From Octopus sinensis (lineage: Eukaryota): a DNA stretch of 64,000 bases. The translations under genes were made by a program, and so were the position numbers. This document shows, piece after piece, positions 25,240-38,444 of the stretch. The notes beneath the pieces are model-generated. The model was not told where the DNA came from. It ran no database searches and saw only the letters and a list, made by a program, of their open reading frames with translations. Location of the stretch: NCBI RefSeq assembly GCF_006345805.1, contig NC_043011.1, positions 55,626,464-55,690,463 of the forward strand. Direction: 5' to 3'. Each line of letters starts with the position of its first letter. Within the stretch, counting starts at the first letter, position 1.

Positions 25240-25760
25240 CAGATGGACACCAAGGCATTCAGCCATTGTGTTTAGCTGCTGACCAACTGGACATATTGTG
25301 TTTAAACATTGAATAGATACATGCAAAGCAGAGGTGTTGTTTAGATGACACAGTACTTTGATGTTTCAGTATTTAGAAGTTGATTGATCAGGTACAATAT
25401 TTTAGGTGTTAAGTAGATCGAAGAATCATCCTTGACACTGTACTTAGATGTCGGTTAGGTAGGCACCGTGTTTAGGTGGTGGTTGGTTCGATACAGTGTT
25501 TCAGTGTTGTCGGTCCAGTTATCCATTATGTCCATCCAGTTTGGATATTCACTAAACAGATACAATGTTTAAGTGTTGATTATACAGATATCATGTTTAG
25601 AGGTTGACTAGATGGACATAATGTTTAAGTGTTTATTGCAAAGATACAGTTTTTGACAAGATAGACACAGTGTTTAAATGTTGATCCAATAGATGTAGCA
25701 TTTAGATGGTATTTAAACAGACACAACATCAAGAATGTATGATTGGTTTAGACACAGAAT
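25240..25760. repeat. Degenerate 28-bp minisatellite
   Basis: Units such as agatacaatgtttaagtgttgattatac / agatatcatgtttagaggttgactagat / ggacataatgtttaagtgtttattgcaa. Confidence 0.8.
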
Positions 25761-26268
25761 TCAGAAAGACAATCCACACAAGTTGAGTAAATTGTTACTG
25801 ACAGTAGATGGCAACAAAATAAATGTAAATTAGATTTTAAGTCTATCCCAGTAGCTTGTTTCTAATAGGTAGAATTAGTATCTATTATGTTTGTAAAAGT
25901 CTATTTTTTCTAATTTCTTAAACACACCGTTTTAACATTGTACAGTATTACAATAGACGGTACTAGTCTTCTTAATTCAATATAACTGTTGACAAGATAA
26001 AAATTCCACTTTTATCAAGTGCTAAAAGTGATTGTTATAATTATCCTACAGCAATTATTCCATGTTTTTAGCTGTATTTATTCCATCAATTTCATAACAG
26101 AAATATTTAAATGATTCCATTTATGTTAATATAATATCATAACCTGGCATAATTTAATGTAATACAAGAAATCTGGTCAAATGTTGCAAGGATTTGGACC
26201 AAAACTGTTAATAGATTCCACACAAAGAATCACAGTCTCATTATTTTTTGTATCTTTTTAAATTTCAG

Positions 26269-26342
26269 ACAAAATTTTGATGCCAATTCCTTCTTCAGAA
26301 TACAAAAGTATTGGCAGCAGATGACATTTGTTCTGAGATTAT
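26269..26342 (+). CDS. Possible 74-nt internal exon
   Basis: T-rich tract plus tttcag| acceptor, |gtaaga donor, one open frame QNFDANSFFRIQKYWQQMTFVLRL. Confidence 0.2.
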
Positions 26343-26504
26343 GTAAGATCTGTCACCCAATAATCATAGCAATATCAGACTGTGTTATGCAAAGCACTTG
26401 ACAACGTTAGGTTTGATTTGGTTAGGTTTGGCACCCTACAATGTTGCACTTGGCACTGGGCAGTGTTAGGCCCAAATTCTTTTAGCTTCTTCATAAACTG
26501 CATA

Positions 26505-27003
26505 CCATCATCATCATCATCATCGTTTAACGTCCGCTTTCAATGCTAGCATGGGTTGGACAATTTTGACTGAAGGCTGGCGAACCAGATGGCTGCACCA
26601 GGCTCCAATCTGATCTGGCAGAGTTTCTACAGCCGGATGCCCTTCCTAACACCAACCACTCCGAGAGTGTAGTGGGATCTTTTTATGTGCCACTGGCACG
26701 GGGGCCAGTCAGGTGGTACTGGCAACGACCTCGCTCAAATCTTTTTACACATGCCACCAGCACAGGTGCCAGTAAGGCGACGTTGGTAACGATCACACTC
26801 AAATGGTGCCCTTTTACGTGCCACTGGCATGGAAGCCAGTTGGCTGCTCTGGCAACGATCACACTCGGATGGTGCTCTTGGCGCCCTACTAGCACAGGTA
26901 CAAGTACCAGTAAGGCGATGCTGGTAACGATCATGCTTGAATGGTGCCCTTTAAGTGCCACTGGCACAGAAGCCGGTTAGCCGCTCTGTCAATGATCACG
27001 CTC
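26505..27003 (-). mobile_element. Family A copy
   Basis: Family consensus. Confidence 0.9.
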
Positions 27004-27354
27004 AGAAAGTCCCATGTGCTTGAAGTAGGGATCAAATCTCCTTCAACTTACGAGACCAAAGTAGCGAAAAGAAGAGAAAATAGGTTAAGAAGATCTCTTT
27101 AGAACCACAAGGGTTTCAGGTTCAGTTCCACTGTGCGACACTTTGGGTAAGTGTCTTCTACTATAGCCCTGGGCCAACTAATGCTTTGTGAGTAAATTTG
27201 GTAGAAGGAAACTGTGTGGAAACCTTATGTATATATAATTCATTTTACACTAATAAACAACTACTCGAAATTGGTGTTAGAGCAGCCACATAAGTAGAGT
27301 CAAGTCCAGTTTGCATTAGGATTGAGTTGTAATTATGGTAATAAAGAAGTCAAA

Positions 27355-27400
27355 CCAAATCATGATATTTTGAAATTAATTTCAAAATATCATGATTTGG
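27355..27400. repeat. Perfect 46-bp palindrome with imperfect extension to about 27324-27422
   Basis: ccaaatcatgatattttgaaatt|aatttcaaaatatcatgatttgg. Confidence 0.95.
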
Positions 27401-27434
27401 CTTAACTTCATTGTTACAACTCCTCTCTCTCTCA

Positions 27435-27466
<32 letters not shown>

Positions 27467-27739
27467 TGGTCTATGTCTCTACAATATTTTTCTACTGAAT
27501 AAGGTGACCACCACCCTTGAGGATTAATCCTTGCTCTTGCTGGTATAATCCCCATTTTCCTTTCTATATTGTAAACTTTAAAATTTTTTCTTTAATTTGC
27601 ATTTCAAAATAATTTAAAGTTTTTCTTAATCCACACAAAACATGTAACCCTGTTGTCCTGAAAATAAAAAAGACACATTAGATAATGAGGTTCTAGATAC
27701 CAAAGACAGGGTGGTCATGGAGTGAATGCCTTTGATCAA

Positions 27740-28122
27740 GCACAGGTGTGGTAAGAAGCTTGCTTCCCAACCACATGGTTCTGGGTTCAGTCCCACTGCA
27801 TGGCACCTTGGGCAAGTGTCCTTTACTATAGTCTCAAGCTGACCAAAGCCTTGTCAGTGGGTTTGGCACATGGAAACCAAAATAAGCCGTTGTATATGCA
27901 TATATGTGTGTGTGACTTTGTGTCTCTGTCTGTCCCCCACTACCACTTGACAACCGGTGTTGGTGTGTTTACATCCCCATTACTTAGCAGTTTGGCAAAA
28001 GAAACTGATAGAATAAGTACTAGGTTTAACAGTTAAGTACTGTGGTCAATTCATTTAACTAAAACCCTTCAAAGTGGTGCCCCAGCATGGCCATAGTCTA
28101 ATGACTGAGCAAGAAAAAGATT
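27740..28122 (+). mobile_element. Family C tRNA-derived SINE (full length)
   Basis: gtgtggtaagaagcttgct..gggttcagtccc..ccttgggcaagtgtc..ccagcatggcc..aatgactga. Confidence 0.9.
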
Positions 28123-28217
28123 AAAAATAAGTTGGTTCACTTAGGATTGACCTGGAGCAACAACAGTTTGAATTTCTTCACACAAAGTGTGAAACATTTG
28201 TAGAGTTTTACTTTGTA

Positions 28218-28681
28218 TGCATGAAAAGATTCAAGCGAGGTCATTGCCAGTACCCCCTGACTGGCTCCTGTACCGGTGGCACGTAAAAAAGCACCCACTA
28301 CACTCTCGGAGTGGTTGGCGTTAGGAAGGGCATCCAGCTGTAGAAACTCTGTCAAATCAAGATCGGAGCCCAGTGCAGCCATCTGGTTCACCAGCCCTCA
28401 GTCAAAATCGTCCAACCCATGCTAGCATGGAAAGCAGACGTTTAACGATGATGATGGTAATGATATTCCCTTGTGTGTTTTCCTTCTAATGTTTTTATGT
28501 CTACCGAGCGTGATCGTTAACAATATCACCTAACTGGCACCTGTGCCGGTGGCATGTGTAAAAAGATTCGAGCGCGGTCATTGCCAGTACCGCTTGACCG
28601 GCCCCGTGCCAGTGGCACATAAAAAGCAGCCACTACACTCAAAGTCGTCCAACCCATGCTAGCATGGAAAGCGGACGTTAA

Positions 28682-28730
<49 letters not shown>

Positions 28731-28731
28731 T
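28218..28731 (+). mobile_element. Two tandem family A copies; the second is internally deleted and has a (GAC)n tail
   Basis: 28218-28462 and 28504-28731. Confidence 0.9.
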
Positions 28732-28774
<43 letters not shown>

Positions 28775-29714
28775 GAGAGAAATGAAACTGCAGTTGAGGA
28801 ATTGGTAAACCTAAATGAAATTCTTAAGATTCATGTAAGGATTAAATATTCATTTCAAAAATTGGCTGACTTTCAAGGAAAGTTAACTGTGATTCATCAG
28901 CATCCTATCCAGGGGTGGTAGATTCACCTCTCAGCTTCTTAATTCTCGAGAAACTGGAGCTGAGAAAATGTTTCATGGATCGTTATGATTCGTCAACGGA
29001 TTAACAATTAATTTTAACATTGGCTTACTCCAAACATTTAGCAATCAATAGTCTTATTTAGTTTTAACGAAATGTTACGTTAACATCAGTTACTTATAAT
29101 GATAGTGGTGGTGGTGGTGGTGGTTGTGGTGGTGGTGATTATGATGAAGAGATCAGTGGGGGAGCAGGCTGGGGAGTAACAATATATTTGGGAAAGGTGG
29201 CAGACAGTAATTGCCAAGCAATATTTTACACACCCAAACCAAACTCCTTCCCAATCAACAGTGCTAGATACAGCAGTAAATAAGTACAGGTATACACCCC
29301 ACCTTTCGTTAGCTTTCATTTAGAGAGATGTGTAAAGGTCATATGCTTCTAAAGCTTTACTTCATTGCTTTATTATTAGTAGTATTATTATGACTGTTTA
29401 TTTCTGTTAATTTTATTTCATGGCCAGATTAACACTGCAGGTTGATTTACAGGTGGCATTCAGTTGCAATAATATGCTTAGCTGGTAAATTTAATCCATC
29501 ACCCAGTTTAACACCACCATCTGGTTCTTGGGTACCTTCACTGATGCACATTCTGCTGCAAGTATTTGGGCCACCAGGTCCGTGGTTCCTAGCTCCAGAC
29601 CTATCGTCCAGTCAGGGGACAACTTCCTCCTTTTCTCCCACCTATCATGGAAGTCCTGAAAAAAGGTCATGGCAGCTCCCCTTAACCTATTCAAAGCCCT
29701 TAAAAACACCAGTA

Positions 29715-29960
29715 ACACTTTAGTTAATATATTTCTGTTGAGATACTCTGCTGTTATTTGACTTAATTTTGAAAATAACAAAGAATTTAGTAAAATAACT
29801 TTGTCATTAATTAATTAATTAATTAATGTGGTGTCATTAATTAATGTGGTGTTAGTGACAAAAATTGATAAGGAATTATTCTGGTGGAAGGTTTTAATTT
29901 GGAACTTTTTAAAGCAGGACCAAGGCTAGTCTCGGGGCAGATTGGGGTCAAAACGGTTGA
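29715..29960. mobile_element. Diverged piggyBac-like MITE
   Basis: Shares ataacaaagaatttagtaaaataactt with 17077-17297. Confidence 0.6.
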
Positions 29961-30108
29961 ATTAAATTAGGGAACTTAAATTAATCTATGAAAAAAGATC
30001 CTGTTCAGGGTCATGACACACTGGACAACAGACATTGCAATAATTTGTTGTTGTTGTTGTATTTATTTTGGTCAGTCTGGAACTGAAATTCCACAGGGTA
30101 GGATAGGG

Positions 30109-30495
30109 TAGTAGGGTATTAAGAGCACCATCCGAGCATGATCGTTGCCAGAGCGGCTATCTGGCCTCCGTGCCGGTGGCACGTAAAAGACACCATTCAA
30201 GCATGATCGCTACCAGCATCGCCTTACTGGCACCTGTGCTGGTGGCATGTGTAAAAGATTCGAGCGAGGTCACTGCCACTATCGCCTGATTGGCCCCATG
30301 CCGGTGGCATGTAAAAGCACCCACTACACTCTCGGAGTGGTTGGCGTTAGGAAGGGCATCCAGCTGTAGAAACTCTGCCAGATCAAGATTGAAGCCTGGT
30401 GCAGCCATCTGGTTTGCCAGCCCTCAGTCATTCGTCCAACCCATGCTAGCATGGAAAGCGGACGTTAAACGATGATGATGATGATGATGATGATG
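30109..30495 (+). mobile_element. Family A copy
   Basis: Family consensus plus (GAT)n tail. Confidence 0.9.
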
Positions 30496-30629
30496 TTCAT
30501 ATGACCATTCCTGACATTGAGGGAAGAGTTTAAAAGGAGGGGAGTGGGAGAGTCGCTAATTGATGCTGGATTACTGTCAGCCAGCTTTATTCTTCTCATT
30601 GAGACTTAATTAAAAGAAACAATATATTT

Positions 30630-31252
30630 ATCTTTTACTTGTTTCAGTCATTGAACTGTGGCCATGCTGGAGCACTACTTTGAAAGGTTGTAGTTAAACA
30701 GATCAATTCAAGTATTAATTTTTTTTATATCTGGTACTTATTCTATCTGCTTCTTTTGCTGAACTACTAAGTTATGTGGACATAAACAAACCAACACCAG
30801 TTGTCAGGTGTGGGTGGTGTAAACACGAACACAAAAATACTCACACACGGCGAGCTGGCAGAACCGTTAGCACGCCGGGTGAAATGCGTAGCCGTATTTC
30901 ATCTGCTGCTACGTTCTGAGTTCAAATTCCGCCGAGGTCGATTTTTGCCTTTCATCCTTTCGGGGTCGATTTAATAAGTACCAGTTACGCACAGGGGTCG
31001 ATATAATCGACTTAATCCGTTTGTCTGTCCTTGTTTGTCCCCTCTGTGTGTAGCCCCTTGTGGGCAGTAAAGAAATGAATACTCACACATGATGGGCTTC
31101 CACACAGTTTCCATTTACCAAATTTACTCACAAGGCATTGGTCAGCTCAGCACTATAGTAAAAGATATTTGCCCTAGGTGCTGTGCAGTAGGACTGAACC
31201 CAAACCCTTGTGGTTGAAAAGTAAACTTCTTAACCACACAGCCATGCTTGTG
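30630..31252 (-). mobile_element. Family C SINE containing a nested family B SINE
   Basis: C consensus resumes after 31077. Confidence 0.85.
30849..31076 (+). mobile_element. Family B SINE with 12-bp TSD
   Basis: aatactcacaca at 30836-30847 and 31078-31089. Confidence 0.9.
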
Positions 31253-31699
31253 CATTTTTTTTATTGCTTAATCAGAAGAGAAGGCAAAGCCATCGACCCT
31301 TTCCAGGGCCATGAAGACTAGGGGAAAGAAGAGAGGAATCTTCAGACTGGACGCCTAACCCGAACACTTGCAACAGAATGGACTCTTTTGCCAAGGGCAC
31401 CAAAAATGGTGAGGTTAAACAGATTAAGTCTTCTACTCAAGGAGTAGGTCATGGTGGGATTCAAAATCAAAAAGTAAGAGGCTACAACAGAGCAAATACT
31501 GCCTGCTCTTTCATCTGATATTCTAAGAATTTCATCAATCGGCCATTCTTCTTTATCGGTTCCTTATTCATTGATTGCAGAAGGATGAAGAGCAAAGTTG
31601 ACCATGGAAGGATTTGAACTCATACTTCAAGAAGACAGAATAAATACTACAAGACCTTTCATCTATTGCACCCTTGTCCCCTGTAACTATGATGGTAAG

Positions 31700-31890
31700 T
31701 CATCATCATCATCATCATTTAATGTCCGTTTTCCACGCTAGCATGGGTTGGATGGTTTGACCAGGGTCTGGGAAGCCAGGAGGCTGCACCAGTCTCCAGT
31801 CTGATCTTGCAGTGTTTCTACAGCTGGATGCCCTTCCTAACGCCAACCATTCCGTGAGTGTAGTGGGTGTTTTTTACGTGCTGGCACAGA
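31700..31890 (-). mobile_element. Family A copy (short)
   Basis: Family consensus. Confidence 0.9.
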
Positions 31891-32024
31891 ATGAAATACA
31901 GGAGCTGAAAGAGCTTAGACCAAAAGTTAGGTTCAGTTACTGACAGAAACAGATTTACTGCATTTGTTCTGATAACAGCATTAAAGTAATCAGGAGTAAT
32001 TGATGAGGGCTGGCATCAGCAGTG

Positions 32025-32358
32025 ATCATCATCATCGTTTAACGTCTGTTTTCCATGGGTTGGACGGTTCGACCGTGGTCTGGGAAGCCAGGAGGCTGCA
32101 CCAGGCTCCAGTCTGATCTGGCAGTGTTTCTACAGCTGGATGCCCTTCCTAACGCCAACCACTGCGTGAGTGTAGTGGGTGCTTTTTACGTGCAACCGGC
32201 ACAGATGCCAGGGGGGCTGGCAATGGCCACGATCAGTTGGTGGTTTTTACATGCCACCGACATGGAAGCCAGTCAAGGTGGCGCTGGCATTGGCCATGTA
32301 CGGATGGTGCTTTTTACGTGCCACCGGCACAGGTGCCAGGGTAGGCTGGCAACGGCTG
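32025..32358 (-). mobile_element. Family A copy
   Basis: Family consensus. Confidence 0.9.
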
Positions 32359-32619
32359 GTAATATTAATTCCAAGAGAGGGTGGTGAGCTGGCAAAATTG
32401 TCACTGTGCCAGAAAAGATGTAACTGACTTAACCCCTCTCCCAGAATTGCTGGCCTTGTGCCAAAATTGGAAACCAATATTAACTCCAAGAAAGCGTGTG
32501 CTTGGGGTCCCTAAGTGTGTTTGCTGTGAGGAATGGAAAAAGCTGATGCATCAGGCTTAACAACTTTCAACTTTCCCCAAAGATTACAACAACTACATCT
32601 GGTGAAATTCAACAAAATT

Positions 32620-33042
32620 TGTGTGGTTAAGAGATTTGATTCCCAACCACATGGTTTTGGTTTCAATCCCACTGTGGGGCACTTTGAGAATGTGTCTTGT
32701 ACCATAGGCTTAGGCTAATCTAAAGTTTTGGGAATGAACTTAGCAGATAGAAACTGAAAAGAAGTCCATTGCACACTCACACATACACACGGATGGGTGT
32801 GTCCATTGTGTTGACATCATGTGATGGCCATCAAAGAGCATCACTATCATAGAAGCGATGCCATTCATTTCCAATTTTCTCTGAAAAGCATGTTTTGCCA
32901 CGGAGAAATTTTACTTTGCTTAGAAACAGGTGACAGTTGGTAACAAGAAGGGAGTCCAGACAGAAAAATCTCCCTCAACACAATCCATCTGACTCATACA
33001 GTCATGGCAAAGGGGACATTAAACTGATGTTGATGATGATGA
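32620..33042 (+). mobile_element. Family C head with RTE-type tail (second copy)
   Basis: Homologous to 24200-24612; ends ggacattaaactgatgttgatgatg. Confidence 0.75.
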
Positions 33043-34117
33043 ACTTCTGCATATTTTCCGTCAATCAAATGTTGTTGAGAAGACACGAGTGAATCGAAGG
33101 CTTCAATAGAAGTAACTTGCTCAAGGGGTCATACAGTGAGATTGAACCTGAAAGTGCAGCCACCCTTGCACCTCTCAAGACCTGTTTATATATTTAGAAG
33201 AAGAGCCTTGCTTGACATGTCACCTCTTCCTTATGAAATTTAGCCACATACCACAGTCTATCTGACAATTAGTTGATTAGTAATGTAATAAATATGTCAA
33301 CATGATGTAACGATTAAAAAAAAATATATATTTATACATATCTTTGGGTTTCTAAAACCGTCACACTGTCAGCAACTGATAACTGTTTCTATATCAATTA
33401 CCTGTCTATAGTGACCACATATTTACCTCAAAGCTATAATTTCAACAAATGGATTGGATTTCCTTTTAGAAAATAATTCAGCAATCGTTAAACTCTGCTG
33501 ATATAATCAGCACACACATCAGGGACAAAGTTCCCTTTTTTTTTAACTCATCAACACTTTTTAACCATTTCGCTACACATTCATTGTCCATCTCACCCTC
33601 TCTCTCCCACCATCTAAATGTCTGTCTGTCTATCTACCTCCCTCCTTCCTTACCTATCTCTACCTTCTCTTTCTGTTAGCCTGTCTGTCTGTCTGTCTTT
33701 CTCTCTTCTTCCACCCCTCTTAGATTATTGTGTCCCACCCCCACCCCATTTAATCTAATTTGATCAATGGCTATACAACAACAACAGCAACAACATATAC
33801 CATCACCCCCAGAACGCAGCTGGTTCTTTATTTTATTGATTCCAAAAGGATGAAAGGTGCAATTGACCTCAGTGGTCCCTAACCCTATCACTCCAAGTCT
33901 GTCCAGATATCAGAATTTCTTACATTAAAAACCCTTTCCCCTCTCCTTCCTCTCCACAATGTCTCCCTAACATAACTACATGTTCACCTTTTGACAAAGG
34001 TTCAAACTGAACCTAAACTTGATCCCTTACATCCACGAACAGACATTTTAGGCCTTGAAGATATTTCTTTCTCTTTTATTTCTTAAAAGATTGTATTATT
34101 GTGATAATCAAAAATGC

Positions 34118-34332
34118 AGAGAGCTGGCAGAATTGTTAGAATGTTGGGAAAAAATACATTGTGGGATTTGTTGTGGCTCTTTACATCCTGAGTTCAAACA
34201 CCACTGAGGTCAACTGCACCTTTCATCTTTTGGAATCAATAAAATAAAGAACTAGAACCAGCTGCGTTCTGGGGGTTATGGTATCGATTAACCCTCTCAC
34301 AAAATTGCTGGCCTTGTGCTGGAATCAGAAAC
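34118..34332 (+). mobile_element. Diverged family B SINE
   Basis: gagctggcagaattgttag...gagttcaaac...cctttcatc. Confidence 0.7.
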
Positions 34333-36078
34333 AACAATTAAGATAATAAATAAAATAAACAATTAAAAAATAATAAATGAAGTGAAACAGTTTTTGTGTG
34401 TTTTGGGATGGTTAAAACAGTTTTTTCCACAATGTAATCGTTTCAGCTTTTGTTTCAGTCTCAGATAAGTTGTACTCTTGTCAAACAAGTACAACTGTGA
34501 AACTTTAGCTATGTTGATCTCTCCTTATCTAGATGAACCTGGGAGAGATACGACCACTTCCCTTCCTCCTCAGAACAATGAACAGAAACAATGGTTGTGT
34601 GCAGAGAGCTAACAACCCCAACAGGGATCAGGACCAGTTCTTAAACTTAGGGAAATCTTCAAAGTTCTGACCAAACAAATACCGGTTCATCTAATATTGC
34701 TAATTTTATCCAAGAAGTTCCACTAGAATGTCCTTAAAAAAAATGTGCTCTTTGTCCAAAACCAATGAAGCTGCTCTCACGAGCTTTGTAGTATTCCATT
34801 TTTTTGATGCTTCTGAATAAGGAGGCAGCGTGCTGGTGGTGAAATCTCTGCCCAATCCATCCAATATTTAGTTTTAGGTTAGTGTTTTGATTTCCATCCA
34901 TAGATTTGACTTTTGAGTCACAAATTATACTCTTGAGCATGTGCTAAGCTTCCTGCATGAACATCCAGCCTCAATGGTACGACTGGGTATTTCTCATTGT
35001 GGTCAATTATTTCACAGTGATGTATTATCCTATCCTTTTTTACCTACTCACTGTAGTGGACTATACAGTACTCATGGTCAGTAGGTGCCACAGGATAGTG
35101 CAGAATGAGAGAATTGGGTATGGCTGTTTGGACATTGGTGATTTGGTGTGGCTGTTTTGGTAACAGTATGTTTTGGCAGTGGTGGCAAACACACACACAC
35201 ACACATACGTATGCACACACGTGTGTGCAGAGATATATACATACAGATAAAGAGAGTGAGGAAGAGAGAGAGAGAGAGAGAGGTGAGAGAGAGAGAGAGA
35301 AAGAGAGAGATTAAAACCTCTGCTTCTCAGTGTTGAATAAGCAGTCCCAAATGGGTTCCACAAGAACTGCCGTGCCAAAACATCTCCAACCCCTACTTAT
35401 CCATTGTCATTGGTTCTTCCAGTCTTTGGTACTTGCTTACCGCACTCAGTGTTGATGATAATGGCACTGACCAATTTCTCTGTTGGCAATCCACTACTCT
35501 ACCAATCCAGGACAGTTCCAGTCTCAAAGTAACCAACGACAGTAAGAATCCTTAGGTTGTAGCCGTAAATACTGATTGGAACCATGACATAATTACATTA
35601 TGATGTCTTTCGGGGGTGGGGGGGAATATTAATTATTTTCTGATGAAGTTTTGTGTGTGTATTAATGTAGAGGTGGCTGCATCTAAATATGATCTACAAA
35701 CACACAGACATACATAAATCAGATAAACAGCTGTAGTGGGAATCATTCCTTACAGGTTAATCCTTGACCTATGGATTATAGATTGGTCTGATGAAAATTT
35801 AGTTTGAAAATATTGTACTTACTCATATATAAGTCACACTCCTAGTTTGCTGTTAAATCTGGGTACATTTTTTTCTCCTTATATAACACACATGCACACC
35901 AGTACACACACACACACAGACACATGCGCACATTTACATGTACACATACACATGGACACACATTCACACAAATGCATTTGCATGAGGCAACAGGAAGGCC
36001 CTTACATGGTCACTTGATGAGTTAGAAATAGCCACTAAATCTTCCTCAAATCACATTCCACTGTTTTAGAAGCGAACA

Positions 36079-36446
36079 TCTCTCTATATATAAACGGCCA
36101 AATGTCTGTCTGTGTGTGCGCATATCCTTTATAGAAATCCACAATTTCTCAGTTAGAGGGCTCGCACTTTCTATGGTCATTCAAAACTGTCCAAGGGTGG
36201 TCGTGCACATCTTTACATTTCCCCAGTCACCCCGCAAAGCCATTGAAAAATCAATAGAAGTGACTTTTTTGTGAATTTTCTATCCAAAACCCAATCAAAA
36301 TGTCCGAAACTTGATACGCCAATTGAATGCCAGCTAGATGTAAGTGATTGGTTGGAGACTTGGACAGTACCCGCATGTATGTGCGCACGCACGCAGCTGT
36401 ATGTGCATGCACTAGCACTATGACCCGGCAACGGTCATAGTGCTAG
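36079..36446 (+). mobile_element. Non-autonomous Helitron inserted in a family G repeat
   Basis: A|TCtctctatatataaa...CTAG|T; 15-bp terminal hairpin actagcactatgacc/ggtcatagtgctagt. Confidence 0.8.
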
Positions 36447-36623
36447 TATTAGATATTGTTGTTGTATGTTTTATCTAGTTGTGGCAAAAAGATTAGACAA
36501 TTAAGGTTTGAATGCCTCTGATCAATGTCTGCTAGATTAGGACTGACTTAACACTAAACAACAACAACAGCAACAACAACATCAACAGCAATATGACACA
36601 CAAATGGACACACACAAACGTAT

Positions 36624-36960
36624 ACATCATCATCATTATTGCTTAACGTCTGCTTTCCATGCTAGCATGGGTTGGATGGTTCGACTGGGGTCTGGGAAGC
36701 CAGGGGGCTGCACCAGGCTTCAATCTGATCTGGCAGTGTTTCTACAGCTGGATGCCCTTCCTAACGCCAACCACTCCGTGAGTGTAGTGGGTGCTTTTTA
36801 CGTGCCACCGGCACAGGTACCAAGCGAGGCTGGCAAGCGGCCACAATCGGTTGGTGCTTTTTATGTGCCACCGGCACGGGGGCCAGATAAGGCCATGTTT
36901 GGACGGTTCTTTTACGTGCCACTGGCACTGGTATCACAACTACAATTTCCATTGATTTTA
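36624..36960 (-). mobile_element. Family A copy
   Basis: Family consensus. Confidence 0.9.
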
Positions 36961-37159
36961 GATCGATTTCTGCAGACATATACATATACAGAAATACTCA
37001 CATAGATATATGTAATGTATTATTTACACTTAACATATCTGTCTGTCTGTCTCTCTCTATCTATCTATCTATACATACAAACACACACACACACACACAT
37101 ATATTTCTTTTCCCTCATTTTTCCTTTGGGCTGAGGCGATGCCAGAGCTTTGCCTTGAT

Positions 37160-38160
37160 GGATTTAATCACACTATTTAACCCCAGTACTTATTTTTCCT
37201 CTTTAAACCTGATACTTATTCTATCAGTCATTTTGCTGAACTGCTAAGTTATAGAGACATAAACAAATCAACACCAGTTGTCAAGTGGTGAGTGGGCTGA
37301 ACACAAACACAAAGTCTCACACACACACAAATATACATACATATATACAACAGGTTTTCACACACTTTCCATTTATCCATTTCACTAATGAAACATTGGT
37401 TGACCCAGGAATTACAACCATGTTTCATGGTCTGCTACCACAACAGCTCCTTTATAGGATCCAGTTAGCTCAAGACATCATCAGGAGGAACCACGTCTGG
37501 TTTCAGCCCCTTACTCCTCTACCGTTTTGACGTGGCGGGGCCCCCCTTTTCGGAGGTGTCTTCAGCTCTGGTGTTGGGTGCATGTCTTCTTTCTTCTATT
37601 CCCTGGTCTCTTCGATGTATCGTCAGCGAGTGTCAGCCGGTGACTGACTGACTTGTCAAATTTTCCCCTTTAAATACCTGCCGCTAGGCTCCAGCAGGCA
37701 GCCCCAGCAATTTGTCACGTGACACTGTCTCCCCTTAACTGACTAGTGAAGGCACGTAGTCTTAGCCCGCGCATTCTCTAAACGACCGTCACCTGCCAGT
37801 CAGCGAAGCTGATTCAGCGTCAGCTTGTCTCACCTAGTGATGTTATTTCCCGCCAGCATGTTATGACTTTCAAGCCATTTTCAGTCTTCCCGCTTCAGCC
37901 ATATATAGAAGCTGGCTTTTTCAACCGCCTCCTGCACTCTCCTTATTAGTTTGCGCAGCTCGGGGCTAGAAAAAACAAATCTTCTTTTGAATAGCGTTGT
38001 CATTTTCCTTTCAATGAAGCCTCTGGCCCCCACTGCCAGGTGGTAATACTCAACATTCCATCCCTGTTCTCTGCATATAGTAGAAGACATTTACCCAAGT
38101 TGCTGAACACCGAACCATGTGGTTGCCAAGTGAACTTCTTAAGCTCACAGCCAAGTCTGC
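37160..38160 (-). mobile_element. Family C SINE split by the HERO-like insertion
   Basis: ttggttgacccagg|...|atagtagaagacatttacccaag rejoins the consensus. Confidence 0.75.
37411..38077 (-). mobile_element. 5'-truncated HERO-like (RLE) non-LTR retrotransposon: ORF end plus about 470-bp 3' UTR
   Basis: CREQGWNVEYYHLAVGARGF...EAVEKASFYIWLKRED* resembles the HERO restriction-like endonuclease C-terminus. Confidence 0.75.
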
Positions 38161-38444
38161 ACATATACACACACACACGCACACATACACACACACACAC
38201 ACACACACCACACACACACACACACACACTCACACACACACACACATATCATAATTGTTATTTTTATTTGCTTTGATATTGTCCAGATAACAAACACCTG
38301 CTGAACAACAACCAGACATCTAGGACACGCATTGCTGAGTAATGCTATTGTGCAACCTGGCTTCTTCTGGTCCTGTTAGGTTTGGGAAACTAAAAAAGGT
38401 GACAAAGATTTTAAGAATGTAGATTACAAGGAGTGATTATGATT

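Noticed and set aside
35115-35392. Possible old MITE with gttttggc/gccaaaac subterminal repeats
   Set aside because: Too degenerate to define TIRs or a TSD.
37415-37510. Hammerhead ribozyme in the HERO-like 3' UTR (GAAAcca..tggtt..CTGATGA)
   Set aside because: Only 4 nt are available for stem I and stem II does not pair canonically, so I could not build a valid fold by eye.
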